From the NCBI GenBank assembly GCA_963663765.2, contig CAXXUA010000002.1, positions 96,001-160,000 on the forward strand: a stretch of DNA of 64,000 nt, read 5' to 3'. The position numbers were made by a program, and so were the translations under genes. Within the stretch, counting starts at the first letter, position 1; each line of letters opens with the position of its first letter. Shown here piece after piece: positions 42,397 through 53,096 of this stretch. Origin of the DNA: Candidatus Poribacteria bacterium. GTDB lineage: Bacteria > Poribacteria > WGA-4E > WGA-3G. The notes under the pieces were generated by a model. The model worked only from the letters and a program-made list of their open reading frames with translations. It made no database searches and was not told where the DNA came from.

Positions 42397-42984
42397 ATGA
42401 CTTATGTATCAGCGCGCAAAGCAAGTGAGCTGCTGGATTATACACCTGACCATTTACGGAGGTTGGCAAATGAAGGAAAGATTGATATTATCCGCACAGG
42501 AGGCGGACACAGACGCTATGATGTTGACGGATACATCAAAAGCAAATCCACATCAATTGCAACTGTTTGCTACTGCAGAGTATCCAGCACAAAGCAAAGA
42601 GAAGACCTTGAACGACAAGTTGAATATATGCGAAGTATCTACCCCGAAGCAGAAGTTATCCGAGACATCGGAAGCGGAATCAACTTCAAAAGAAAAGGGC
42701 TTAGAACCTTATTGGAACGGCTTATGCAAGGTGATAAGCTCAAAGTTGTTATTGCCCATCGGGATAGACTCGCCCGCTTCGGTATCGACCTTATACGGTA
42801 CCTCATTGAACAAAACGGTGGCGAACTCGTGGTTCTCGATCAAACAGAACACAGTCCGCAAGAAGAACTCACGTCGGATCTTCTCGCAATCCTGCACGTC
42901 TTCAGTTACAGAATGCACGGACTCCGAAGTTACCGTGACAAAATCAAAGAAGATAAGAGTTTATCCGACAACAGAACAACGTGA
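42397..42984 (+). CDS. tnpA: IS607 transposase (N-terminal HTH plus serine recombinase)
   Basis: LRRLANEGKI..RTGGGHRRY HTH; YCRVSSTKQREDLERQ; DIGSGIN; HRDRLARFG. Confidence 0.95.
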   Translation: MTYVSARKASELLDYTPDHLRRLANEGKIDIIRTGGGHRRYDVDGYIKSKSTSIATVCYCRVSSTKQREDLERQVEYMRSIYPEAEVIRDIGSGINFKRKGLRTLLERLMQGDKLKVVIAHRDRLARFGIDLIRYLIEQNGGELVVLDQTEHSPQEELTSDLLAILHVFSYRMHGLRSYRDKIKEDKSLSDNRTT

Positions 42985-44053
42985 AACACTGCGTCAGTGG
43001 TTTGGCACAGCACGTTTTACTTATAATAAAACAATTGCTTTGTTGAACGAAACAGACACAAAAGCGAATTGGAAAGCGATAAAAACAGGTATTCTTCACG
43101 ATCTTCCTGATTGGAGCAAAGAAACACCGTATCAAGTGAAATCTGTTGCTATCCGTGACGCTTGTATTGCTGTCCGAGAAGCAAAGCGAAAATGCAAGAA
43201 AACAGGTCAATATCAGTCTGTTTTTTTCAAATCCAAACGTCATCCATCAGATAGTATTTTCATACCAAAGTCTGCTATAAAACCTCGCGGTGTTTATCAC
43301 ACAGTGCTTGGTGATCTCAAAATGTCCGAGATGTTACCTGATAATATCTGTGACTCACGCCTCGTGAAAGAGAATGATAAATACTATCTCTGTGTTTCCT
43401 ATACTGTGACAACTCCGAAGCGAAAACCAAACGGAAGTGTTGTTGCTTTAGACCCTGGCGTGAGAACATTCCTCACATATTTCCATGAGCGTGGTTTCGG
43501 ATGGCTTGGACACCATGCTATCAATCGGATTCAAAGACTTTGTTCATACCTTGATAATCTTTTATCCCGTGCAATAAAAGCGACACAACAATCACGCAAG
43601 AATATGAGACGTGCTGCAAATCGCATCAGAAAACGTATCAGATATCTTGTTGACGAGTTGCATCATAAAATAGCACGTTTCCTTGTGGATACCTTTGATA
43701 TTATCCTACTCCCTACTTTTGAGACTTCAGATATGGTAATGCGTGGAAACCGCAAACTACACAAGAAGTCTGCCCGACAAATGTTGACACTGTCGCACTA
43801 CAGATTCAAACAGTTTCTAAAGCACAAAGCGAAAGAGACTGAATGTCTCGTCATTGATGTCTGTGAAGCATACACATCAAAAACAGTGTCGTGGAATGGT
43901 GAGATTAGAAAATCACTCGGTGGACGAAAGATAATAAAAGATAGCATGGGACTCAAGATGGACAGAGACTTGAATGGCGCACGCGGGATATTTTTGCGTG
44001 CTTTGGTAGATGAACCCTGGTTGCTTTCTATAAGCAACTTGCAAACCGTATAA
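42935..44053 (+). CDS. tnpB: TnpB RNA-guided endonuclease with Fanzor-like RuvC; start uncertain because the frame is open from 42404
   Basis: KIRVYPT, RFTYN, VALDPGVRTF, CEAYTSKT, DRDLNGARGI; nearest conventional start is GTG 42935. Confidence 0.88.
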   Translation: MTKSKKIRVYPTTEQRETLRQWFGTARFTYNKTIALLNETDTKANWKAIKTGILHDLPDWSKETPYQVKSVAIRDACIAVREAKRKCKKTGQYQSVFFKSKRHPSDSIFIPKSAIKPRGVYHTVLGDLKMSEMLPDNICDSRLVKENDKYYLCVSYTVTTPKRKPNGSVVALDPGVRTFLTYFHERGFGWLGHHAINRIQRLCSYLDNLLSRAIKATQQSRKNMRRAANRIRKRIRYLVDELHHKIARFLVDTFDIILLPTFETSDMVMRGNRKLHKKSARQMLTLSHYRFKQFLKHKAKETECLVIDVCEAYTSKTVSWNGEIRKSLGGRKIIKDSMGLKMDRDLNGARGIFLRALVDEPWLLSISNLQTV

Positions 44054-44111
44054 GATGTGAAATGCACAGCATTGCACGGAAATATACAGGTTAATATCAT
44101 CGGAGTAAATT

Positions 44112-45005
44112 GTGTTGAAGAGATTTCGTGTTTTTTTATTGTTGATACTATTGTTTTGCTTGAGTCCTATCATAATGGGGAACGACACAGCAAAAGTCTA
44201 CTTACCGGACAACCTCGGCAGTTCTTGGGTTTATGTAGATCAAGATGGAAAGGAATTCACTCGTTACGCTGTTGAGGAAAAAGCTATTGATGGCGACATC
44301 TTTCGTGCTTTCAACTATGAACCTGAAATAGAAGATTGGGAACAATATCGGTATCATATACACACATCTCTATATCAGGTCGCTGAAGAGTGGGTTGCAT
44401 TCTACGTTGGTAAGGACATTGAAAACGCTACAAAAACAATCCTCGGTAAACGATTAGAAGATATTATTGCTAAATTACGTCAACAAACAGCAATAAAACT
44501 ACCAGCAGGAATCACCATAGACTTCAAACACTCAGTTAAGCCTAATTCCAAAGATTTTTTCTATCTTTTACCTACGAAAATAACTCTAAATCAAGAATGG
44601 GTAGCTATGCAACTTGATATAAATATGAAAATAACTATGGATATTAAAGGCGCCCCTGTTGACATATCAAATGAATTAAAAACCATTTCATCAACAATAA
44701 ATGTTGTTGAGAAAGGGAACATCATTGGAAGAGAGAATGTGAAAACCGAAGCGGGAACTTTTAAAAATTGTCTGAAAATTGAATATCGCTCATTAACTAC
44801 AACAAAAACAACCGCTGCTTCAGAGATAAAGCAACTACTACCTGAACAGAAACCAAATGAAACTACTACCACACTTTGGTTAGCACCTAATGTCGGAATT
44901 GTCAAATTTACAAGCGAGAAGGAACAATCTGACGAAAAAACCATATACGAACTGAAAAGTTACGAAATAAAATCTGATGATTCGGACATCAGTGATAATA
45001 ATTAA
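44112..45005 (+). CDS. Secreted protein, one copy of the repeated domain (array gene 1)
   Basis: Signal peptide; WVYVDQDG...TEAGTFKNCLKIEY...LWLAPNVGIVKF...ELKSYEIK. Confidence 0.8.
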   Translation: MLKRFRVFLLLILLFCLSPIIMGNDTAKVYLPDNLGSSWVYVDQDGKEFTRYAVEEKAIDGDIFRAFNYEPEIEDWEQYRYHIHTSLYQVAEEWVAFYVGKDIENATKTILGKRLEDIIAKLRQQTAIKLPAGITIDFKHSVKPNSKDFFYLLPTKITLNQEWVAMQLDINMKITMDIKGAPVDISNELKTISSTINVVEKGNIIGRENVKTEAGTFKNCLKIEYRSLTTTKTTAASEIKQLLPEQKPNETTTTLWLAPNVGIVKFTSEKEQSDEKTIYELKSYEIKSDDSDISDNN

Positions 45006-45057
45006 CCAACAGAACTATTTATTTTCAAAACTTTCTGCTATTTTTTGAGGAGCAATT

Positions 45058-47787
45058 ATGCTTAAGAGAATCTGTTATCTCATGTTGATCATATTTATGT
45101 TTTGCTTATGTGCTACTTTGTTGGGTGAAGAGTCTATGAAAGATTTCTTTCCTGTAACTCATGGAAGTACTTGGGTATATGTCGACCAAGATGGAAATGA
45201 AATGACATTAAGCACAATTGAAGGTGAAGAAATTGCAGACAAGATATATCACGGATTTAGCCAAGAACCTGAAATAAAGGATTGGATAAACTTCAATCGT
45301 TTTATGCTTCCAACGCTGTGTCATATTGGAGAAGAAAATATTCAATTCCTCGTTGGAGATGAAGTAGAAAAAGCAGTCAAAGCGCGATTCAACAGAGAAT
45401 TTACACTTTTGTCTAAGTTAGCAAAGAACGCAATAGAGAACGAATTACCAGACGAAGTGAATGCCAGTGTCAAACTCAATTATGATGTTGAAGTGGAATC
45501 AGATGACCACTTCAATCTGCTGATGGTCAAAGCTGCACCTGAAGAAGAATGGGACACAATTCAAATCAAAGCAAAAGTGGAAATGGAATACGACATAAAG
45601 GGTATCCCAGACTTTCCAAATGCTGAAGAGATACCTACATTCACCTTTAACTTTACTATTAATGAATCTGGAAAGATCCTTGGAATGGAAACTGTTAAGA
45701 CCGCTGCTGGAACATTTGAAGATTGCTTGAAAATTGAATACAGAACTGAAACTGAAATGAAGTCAAACGCACCAGCAGGCGACCCTGAGGAATCTCCAGG
45801 TGAATCAATTACGACTTTATGGTTAGCTCCTAATGTTGGCATTGTAAAATTTCATCAAGAATCAAAGATGATATTTATGAGTATGTTGTCAGAAAGAGAC
45901 CTTGTACAGACTTCACCGTCTGAGCAAGAGGTTACTGAAATCACTAAACCAAAAGTAAGAACCTTTGAACTCAAGAAATATGAAATCAAAACAGGTGATA
46001 AAGGAAGCAAAGAGATAATATCTAAAAATGAAACCGAAACAGAAAATGAACAACCAAAAAATGCTGCAAAATCACATAATTATTTTCCAAATACCTTGGA
46101 TAGTTTTTGGGTTTATGAAGATCAGGATGGTACTGAACTGAAACGCATTGCTATTGAGGGAGAGGAAATTGCTGGAGAAATATATCCTGCTTTCAGTTAT
46201 GAACCTGAGTTAGAAGACTGGGTAAAATATAACTGTTTCATGTATCCATCTTTATACAACATTAGCGATGAGGGTATAAAGCTTGTTGTAGGTGAAGAGA
46301 TAAAGAAATCAGTTAAAACACGCTTGAAAAAAGAAATAGATTTAGCCTTTGGAAAACTCTTAGAAACTGCACCAGAAGGAGCAAGTATTGATTCTGAAAT
46401 TGATGTCAAGGGACAAGACAAATTTCTTTTGCTTCCGAATGAAACTGTTGGAAATGAAGATTGGGATTCAAACAAAGTTGAAGCTAAAATAAAATTGACA
46501 TTTAGTGAGGCGGGTATTCCGGAACCGCATTCAATGACTTTCAATTTCACGATAATTGAGACTGGAATTGTGGTGGGGAAAGAAACTGTAAAAGTTCCTG
46601 CTGGAACCTATGAAAATTGTCTGAAGGTACAATACATAACAGATACAACCCTTTCAACGATTCCTGAGGAAATTGTTGATGATACAGATCCTGCTGGTGA
46701 AACCGTTACAACCTTATGGTTTGCAGAAAATGTCGGTATCGTCAAATTTCATCAGAAACGCAAACACACCTTTATAGAAATAATCCCAGATGATGATTTG
46801 CCATTTGCACCCGAGGATCCAAAAGACATTACCTTTGAACTCAAAAAATTTGCAATAAATACTGGTGATAAAGGAAGCGATGAGATAAAATCAGAAAATG
46901 AAAACAAAGTAGAAAACGAACAACCAAGAAATGAACAAACTGTAAAAGACGCTGCAAAATCACATAATTATTTTCCAAATACCTTGGATAGTTTTTGGGT
47001 TTATGAAGATCAGGATGGTACTGAACTGAAACGCATTGCTATTGAGGGAGAGGAAATTGCTGGAGAAATATATCCTGCTTTCAGTTATGAACCTGAGTTA
47101 GAGAATTTCACAAAATTCATTTCTTTCATGCATCCATCTTTATACAACATTAGCGATAAAGGAATAAAACTTGTTGTTAGTGAGGAGTTGAAAAAATTTG
47201 TTAAAGCAAGTCTGAAAAATGAAATGGACTTTTTAATAGATAAAAATAGAGAATTAATGACAGAAAATGAAAAAATTGACTTTGATATAGAAGTACAGAC
47301 ACAAGACAACTTACTCCTTTTATCCAACACCACAGTCATAAATGAGGAATGGGATGTAAACGAGGTTGAAGCTAAGATAAAACTAACAGTTAGTGATAAG
47401 GATCAACAAAGACCACAAGAAGAAATAACTTTCAATTTCACGATAATTGAATCAGGAAATGTGATTGGTAAAGAAACAGTTATAGTGTCTGCAGGAACAT
47501 TTCAAGAATGTCTCAAAGTTGTGTATAAAACTGAAACTTCGTTTTCAATGATGCCAGATGATGATTCTGATGAAACAGATCCGCCAGGAGAAACTGTAAC
47601 AACCTTGTGGTTTGCACCAAATGTAGGTATCGTCAAGTTTCATCAGAAAAGAAAATATACTTTCTTGGAGATTATTCCTGATGATGCAGGATTTCCAATG
47701 CCACCCGATCCAAAGGACATTACCTTAGAACTTAAAAAATATGAAATCAAGACTACAGAACCTGTAATTGATGAACAGGGTAAATAA
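45058..47787 (+). CDS. Secreted protein, three copies of the domain (array gene 2)
   Basis: Signal peptide; three WVY(E/V)DQDG...W(L/F)A(P/E)NVGIVKF units. Confidence 0.85.
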   Translation: MLKRICYLMLIIFMFCLCATLLGEESMKDFFPVTHGSTWVYVDQDGNEMTLSTIEGEEIADKIYHGFSQEPEIKDWINFNRFMLPTLCHIGEENIQFLVGDEVEKAVKARFNREFTLLSKLAKNAIENELPDEVNASVKLNYDVEVESDDHFNLLMVKAAPEEEWDTIQIKAKVEMEYDIKGIPDFPNAEEIPTFTFNFTINESGKILGMETVKTAAGTFEDCLKIEYRTETEMKSNAPAGDPEESPGESITTLWLAPNVGIVKFHQESKMIFMSMLSERDLVQTSPSEQEVTEITKPKVRTFELKKYEIKTGDKGSKEIISKNETETENEQPKNAAKSHNYFPNTLDSFWVYEDQDGTELKRIAIEGEEIAGEIYPAFSYEPELEDWVKYNCFMYPSLYNISDEGIKLVVGEEIKKSVKTRLKKEIDLAFGKLLETAPEGASIDSEIDVKGQDKFLLLPNETVGNEDWDSNKVEAKIKLTFSEAGIPEPHSMTFNFTIIETGIVVGKETVKVPAGTYENCLKVQYITDTTLSTIPEEIVDDTDPAGETVTTLWFAENVGIVKFHQKRKHTFIEIIPDDDLPFAPEDPKDITFELKKFAINTGDKGSDEIKSENENKVENEQPRNEQTVKDAAKSHNYFPNTLDSFWVYEDQDGTELKRIAIEGEEIAGEIYPAFSYEPELENFTKFISFMHPSLYNISDKGIKLVVSEELKKFVKASLKNEMDFLIDKNRELMTENEKIDFDIEVQTQDNLLLLSNTTVINEEWDVNEVEAKIKLTVSDKDQQRPQEEITFNFTIIESGNVIGKETVIVSAGTFQECLKVVYKTETSFSMMPDDDSDETDPPGETVTTLWFAPNVGIVKFHQKRKYTFLEIIPDDAGFPMPPDPKDITLELKKYEIKTTEPVIDEQGK

Positions 47788-47825
47788 CGATTTCATTTTG
47801 ATTCAATACAAACTGGAGTAAATTT

Positions 47826-49643
47826 ATGTTGAAAAAACTATGGAACACTATTGCATTACTTTTCATTTTTTCGTTTTGTATGACTCTATCCGCAAATGAC
47901 ACATTGCAAACATATTTTCCAGCAACTCCTGATAGTTTTTGGGTTTATGAAGATCAGGATGGTACTGAACTGAAACGAATTGCTATTGAGGGAGAGGAAA
48001 TTGCTGGAGAAATATATCCTGCTTTCAGTTATGAACCTGAGTTAGAAGACTGGGCAAAATATAACTGTTTCATGTATCCATCTTTATACAACATTACCGA
48101 TGAGGGTATAAAGCTTGTTGTAGGTGAAGAGATAAAGAAATCAGTTAAAGCACGTCTAAAAAAAGAAACAGATACTGTCGTTAAAATGGTGTTAGCGGAC
48201 AACTCAGATGAAATAAAACTTGACTCTGAAATTGATGTCAAGGGACAAGAAAATTTTCTTTTGCTTCCAAAAGAAATAGTGGAAAATGAAGAATGGGATG
48301 CAAACAAAGTTGTAACTAAGATTAAATTGACATTTAGCGATTTGAATAATCCAACACCAGAAGAAATGACTTTCAATTTCACGATAATTGAGACTGGAAT
48401 TGTGGTGGGGAAAGAAACTGTAAAAGTTCCTGCTGGAACCTATGAAAATTGTCTAAAGGTACAATACAAAACAGATACAACCCTTTCAACAATTCCTGCT
48501 TATGAAGTTGATGATACAGAACCTGCTGGTGAAACAGTTACAACCCTATGGTTTGCACCAAATGTCGGTATCGTCAAATTTCATCAGAAACGAAATTACA
48601 CATTTTTGGAAATAATTCCAGAAGATGAATTACAAATTCCCTCCGATCCAAAAGACATAACTTTTGAGCTCAAGAAATATGAAATCAAGACTGGTGATAA
48701 AGGTAGCGATGCGATAAAATCAGAAAATAAAAACAAAGTAGAAAACGAGCAGCTAAAAAAAGAACAAACTGTAAAAGACGCTGCAAAATCACATAATTAT
48801 TTTCCAAATACCTTGAATAGTTTCTGGATATACGAAGACCAAGATGGAAACGAATTGACTCGTAATGCAATTGAAGGTGAAGAAATTGCTGGAGAAATAT
48901 ATCCTGCTTTCAGTTATGAACCTGAGTTAGAGGATTTCTCAAAATTCACTTCTTTCATGCATCCATCTTTATACAACATAAGCGATAAAGGAATAAAACT
49001 TGTTGTTAGTGAGGAGTTGAAAAAATATGTTAAAGCACGTCTGAAAAATGAAATGGACTATTTTATAGATAAAAATAGAGAATTAATGACAGAAAATGAA
49101 AAAGATCACTTTGACATAGAAGTTGACTTTGACATAGAAGTACAGACACAAGACAACTTACTCCTTTTATCCAACACCACAGTCATAAATGAGGAATGGG
49201 ATGTAAACGAGGTTGAAGCTAAGATAAAAATAACAGTTAGTGATAAAAATCAACAAAGACCACAAGAAGAACGAAGTTTTAATTTCACGATAATTGAATC
49301 AGGAAATGTGATTGGTAAAGAAACAGTTATAGTGTCTGCAGGAACATTTCAAGAGTGTCTCAAAGTTGTGTATAAAACTGAAACTTCGTTTTCAACGACA
49401 CCAGATATAGGAGAAGCTGGTTATGATGAAATAGATCCACCAGGAGAAACTGTAACAACCTTGTGGTTTGCACCAAATGTAGGTATCGTCAAGTTTCATC
49501 AGAAAAGAAAATATACTTTCTTGGAGATTATTCCTGATGATGCAGGATTTCCAATACCACCCGATCCAAAGGACATTACCTTTGAACTTAAAAAATATGA
49601 AATCAAGACTACAGAACCTGCAATTGATGAACAAGGTAACTAA
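47826..49643 (+). CDS. Secreted protein, two copies of the domain (array gene 3)
   Basis: Signal peptide; highly similar to domains 2-3 of gene 2. Confidence 0.85.
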   Translation: MLKKLWNTIALLFIFSFCMTLSANDTLQTYFPATPDSFWVYEDQDGTELKRIAIEGEEIAGEIYPAFSYEPELEDWAKYNCFMYPSLYNITDEGIKLVVGEEIKKSVKARLKKETDTVVKMVLADNSDEIKLDSEIDVKGQENFLLLPKEIVENEEWDANKVVTKIKLTFSDLNNPTPEEMTFNFTIIETGIVVGKETVKVPAGTYENCLKVQYKTDTTLSTIPAYEVDDTEPAGETVTTLWFAPNVGIVKFHQKRNYTFLEIIPEDELQIPSDPKDITFELKKYEIKTGDKGSDAIKSENKNKVENEQLKKEQTVKDAAKSHNYFPNTLNSFWIYEDQDGNELTRNAIEGEEIAGEIYPAFSYEPELEDFSKFTSFMHPSLYNISDKGIKLVVSEELKKYVKARLKNEMDYFIDKNRELMTENEKDHFDIEVDFDIEVQTQDNLLLLSNTTVINEEWDVNEVEAKIKITVSDKNQQRPQEERSFNFTIIESGNVIGKETVIVSAGTFQECLKVVYKTETSFSTTPDIGEAGYDEIDPPGETVTTLWFAPNVGIVKFHQKRKYTFLEIIPDDAGFPIPPDPKDITFELKKYEIKTTEPAIDEQGN

Positions 49644-49682
49644 CGATTTCATTTTGATTCAATACAAAACTGGAGTAAATTT

Positions 49683-50570
49683 ATGTTGAAAAAACTATGG
49701 AACACTATTGCATTACTAATCATTTTTTCGTTTTGTATGACTCTATCCGCAAATGACACACTGCAAACATATTTTCCTGCAACTCCCGGTAGTTTCTGGC
49801 TATATGAAGACCAAGATGGAAATGAAATAACGCGCCGTGCAATTGATGGTGAAGAAATTGCTGGTGAAACATATTACGCTTTTGAATATGAACCCGCATT
49901 TGAAGATTGGGAAAACTACGAATACTATATCCATCCAATGCTATTTAAAATTGATGATGATGGTATTAAAGTCATCATCGGAGACGAGGTCAAAAATGCA
50001 TATAAAGAAATAATTGAAAATGAGATAAAATCAACAATGGAAGAGACTCCAGCACCACCGGAATTTAATCTAAAATTTGATGTCAAAGTTGATGTTGAAG
50101 CACAAGATCACTTCTTATTACTACCGACACAGTTATCCCTTAATGAAAAATGGAAATCAATACGGATAAAACCATCTATCAAGATTATATACTCAATGAT
50201 AAGCGATGAAGTTGATACGGAGTTAGCAGGTTTTTCCCAAGCGGTTACAGTTTATTTCACTATAATGGAATCAGGGATGATCACCAGTAAAGAATCCGTT
50301 GAAACTGAAGCAGGAAAATTTGAGAACTGTCTGAAAATTGTATATAGAACAGAAACCGTTATGCCAAATTTACCCGGTAATGATCAAACTGAAATTGGTG
50401 AATCTGTTACGACATTGTGGTTAGCTCCAGATGTAGGTATCGTAAAGTTTCATCAGGAATCACAAACACCTATTGTACTAGAATTTGGCAATGATGAATC
50501 TACAACAGAAGTGAAAACACTTGAGTTAAAGAAGTATGAGATAAAATCGGATTCGTCGGAGGATGAATGA
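49683..50570 (+). CDS. Secreted protein, one copy of the domain (array gene 4)
   Basis: Signal peptide almost identical to gene 3; stop overlaps the hemB start (ATGA). Confidence 0.85.
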   Translation: MLKKLWNTIALLIIFSFCMTLSANDTLQTYFPATPGSFWLYEDQDGNEITRRAIDGEEIAGETYYAFEYEPAFEDWENYEYYIHPMLFKIDDDGIKVIIGDEVKNAYKEIIENEIKSTMEETPAPPEFNLKFDVKVDVEAQDHFLLLPTQLSLNEKWKSIRIKPSIKIIYSMISDEVDTELAGFSQAVTVYFTIMESGMITSKESVETEAGKFENCLKIVYRTETVMPNLPGNDQTEIGESVTTLWLAPDVGIVKFHQESQTPIVLEFGNDESTTEVKTLELKKYEIKSDSSEDE

Positions 50571-51544
50571 GCGTTTTTCCTATCTATCGTCCCAGACGAC
50601 TCCGTGCAAATGAAAATCTGAGAAGACTTGTACAGGAAACGCATCTCTCGGTAGATGATCTCATCTATCCCATGTTTGTAGTTCACGGAGAAAATGTAGA
50701 AAACGAAATACCTTCAATGCCCGGTTGTTTCCAATACTCCGTAGATCAACTTGTAGCAGCAGCGAAAGAACTTGTTTCACTTGGTATCCCTGGAACAATC
50801 TTGTTCGGTATCCCTGAAACGAAAGATGCAGTTGGATCTGAGGCTTATGCAGATGACGGAATCATTCAGCAAGCAATCCGTGCAATCAAAGATGCAGTCC
50901 CTGAGATGCTTGTCATTACAGATGTATGCCTTTGTGAGTATACTGACCACGGACATTGTGGCATCATTGAAGATGGTGATGTCCTAAACGACCCAACACT
51001 TGATTTGCTTGTCAAGGAGAGTTTATCGCATGCGCGTGCTGGTGCCGATGTAATTGCACCTTCGGATATGATGGATGGACGTGTTGGAGCAATTCGAGAA
51101 GCATTAGATGAGGATGGCTTTAAAAATATACCCATAATGGCATATTCAGCAAAATACGCATCTGCATTCTACGGTCCCTTTAGGGACGCAGCAGAATCAT
51201 CACCTCAATTCGGTGATAGAAGGTCATATCAAATGGATCCAGCAAATAGTGAAGAAGCACTACGAGAAGTTGCATTGGATATTGATGAAGGGGCAGATAT
51301 TGTGATGGTCAAACCTGCACTTTCATATTTGGATGTCATCTATCAGGTAAAATCGGAATATCAGATGCTTGTTGCTGCCTATAACGTCAGTGGAGAATAT
51401 GCTATGATTAAGGCAGCAGCACAGAACGGATGGATTGACGAGAAACGTGTTGCACTTGAGGTGTTAACAAGCATCAAACGCGCTGGGGCTGATATGATAT
51501 TAACTTATTTCGCAAAGTCTGTTGTTAAATGGCTAAACAATTAG
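50567..51544 (+). CDS. hemB: Porphobilinogen synthase
   Basis: [39 protein letters not shown]. Confidence 0.97.
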   Translation: MSVFPIYRPRRLRANENLRRLVQETHLSVDDLIYPMFVVHGENVENEIPSMPGCFQYSVDQLVAAAKELVSLGIPGTILFGIPETKDAVGSEAYADDGIIQQAIRAIKDAVPEMLVITDVCLCEYTDHGHCGIIEDGDVLNDPTLDLLVKESLSHARAGADVIAPSDMMDGRVGAIREALDEDGFKNIPIMAYSAKYASAFYGPFRDAAESSPQFGDRRSYQMDPANSEEALREVALDIDEGADIVMVKPALSYLDVIYQVKSEYQMLVAAYNVSGEYAMIKAAAQNGWIDEKRVALEVLTSIKRAGADMILTYFAKSVVKWLNN

Positions 51545-51623
51545 GTGTGTGAATAGAATCTAATACTTGTCTTAACTAAGACTTTACACAACCATCAAAC
51601 AAAATTTTTACGCAATCAGCATT

Positions 51624-51760
51624 TATAGTGAAATATACAATTAAGTTTACACTTGTTCTGTAGGAGCGATCTCCGAATCGCAACTGAACGCCTTGATAGT
51701 CGGGAATCGGAGTTCCCTCCTACACCTGAAAGTGTAAAAATAATTCTAAAATCCACTATA
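51624..51760. mobile_element. TATAGT-ended MITE carrying a REPIN
   Basis: TATAGTGAAAT / AATCCACTATA ends; GTAGGAGCGATCTCCGAATCGC ... GGAGTTCCCTCCTAC inside. Confidence 0.65.
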
Positions 51761-51800
51761 AAACTGGTTAATTCAACATGTTAGAAAATGGAGGAAATAA

Positions 51801-53084
51801 TTGGAGAGCAGCAAATCGTTAACAGCATGGCAAAAATCACAGCAGTTTATCCCTGGTGGTGTTAACAGTCCTGTGCGTAACTTCAGCAAGGTTGGCAAAC
51901 ATCCGCGTTTCATTGACAGGGGAAATGGGAGTAAGGTCTACGATATTGATGGAAACGAATATATTGATTACGTTGCATCATGGGGTCCATTAGTCTTGGG
52001 GCATGCACATCCTGACGTAGTGCAAGCCGTCACTGCAGCCGCTGCCAGCGGCACAAGTTTCGGAGCACCAACTCTACTGGAAACAGAGCTCGCTGAAATC
52101 ATCGTCAACGCAGTTCCTTCTATAGAGCAAGTTCGACTTGTAAACTCTGGTACCGAAGCAACAATGAGTGCTATTCGTGTTGCACGAGGATACACCGGAC
52201 GAGACAAGATACTAAAGATTGATGGATGCTATCACGGACATGTTGACTACCTATTAGCAAAAGCAGGTTCTGGAGTTGCTACTTTCGGTCTTTCTGATAG
52301 CGGCGGTGTACCAGAAGATTTTGCACGAAATACACTCACCGTTCCATTCAACGATCCTGATGCAGTGAAAAAAGCCATCGCTGCAAATACAGATAAAATT
52401 GCATGTCTTATTCTCGAACCCATCATGGGAAATATGGGTATCATCCCACCACGTGATGGGTACCTCGCCGAACTACGCGAAATCACAGAACAGAACGGTA
52501 TCGTACTTATCTTTGATGAAGTAATCACTGGATTCCGCGTTGCTTATGGTGGCGCACAGACATATTACAATGTGACACCTGATATGACCTGTCTTGGAAA
52601 GATAATCGGTGGCGGTCTACCTGTCGGTGCTTACGGTGGAAAACGCGAAATTATGCAGTGTGTTGCACCCGAAGGCGATGTTTATCAAGCAGGCACTTTA
52701 TCCGGTAATCCATTAGCAGTATCTGCAGGTATAACCACATTGAAAAAGTTGGCAGAATCAGCGGTTTATGAACAGCTTGAAGAAAGAGCAGCTAACCTTG
52801 CAAATGGACTTGCAGACGCAACACAAAAACATGGAATTGACGCATGCCATAGTCGAATAGGTTCAATGTTGATGCTCTATTTCACATCGGAAACGGTAAT
52901 AAATGCCGATGGCGCGCGCACTGCAGATACGGATCGTTTCCGTCAATATTTTTGGGGACTCCTTGAACGCGGTGTTTCCATCGCACCATCCCAATTTGAA
53001 GCAGGTTTTGTCTCATTAGTTCATACTGAAGACGATATAAACAGAACTGTCAAAGCCGCATCTGAAGTATTATCTCAATTATAG
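51801..53084 (+). CDS. hemL: Glutamate-1-semialdehyde 2,1-aminomutase
   Basis: [46 protein letters not shown]. Confidence 0.97.
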   Translation: MESSKSLTAWQKSQQFIPGGVNSPVRNFSKVGKHPRFIDRGNGSKVYDIDGNEYIDYVASWGPLVLGHAHPDVVQAVTAAAASGTSFGAPTLLETELAEIIVNAVPSIEQVRLVNSGTEATMSAIRVARGYTGRDKILKIDGCYHGHVDYLLAKAGSGVATFGLSDSGGVPEDFARNTLTVPFNDPDAVKKAIAANTDKIACLILEPIMGNMGIIPPRDGYLAELREITEQNGIVLIFDEVITGFRVAYGGAQTYYNVTPDMTCLGKIIGGGLPVGAYGGKREIMQCVAPEGDVYQAGTLSGNPLAVSAGITTLKKLAESAVYEQLEERAANLANGLADATQKHGIDACHSRIGSMLMLYFTSETVINADGARTADTDRFRQYFWGLLERGVSIAPSQFEAGFVSLVHTEDDINRTVKAASEVLSQL

Positions 53085-53096
53085 CAAAGGAATTGA

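Larger units (their letters stand above)
42329..44103 (+). mobile_element. IS607-family element (serine recombinase plus TnpB)
   Basis: tnpA and tnpB; GG at 42327-42328 and 44102-44103; joining them restores GAGGAGTAAATTGTG, matching the RBS of the neighbouring paralogues. Confidence 0.85.

Noticed and set aside
44112-50570. Diversity-generating retroelement acting on the paralogue array
   Set aside because: No reverse transcriptase in the window, and differences are not confined to adenines in a short TR/VR pair
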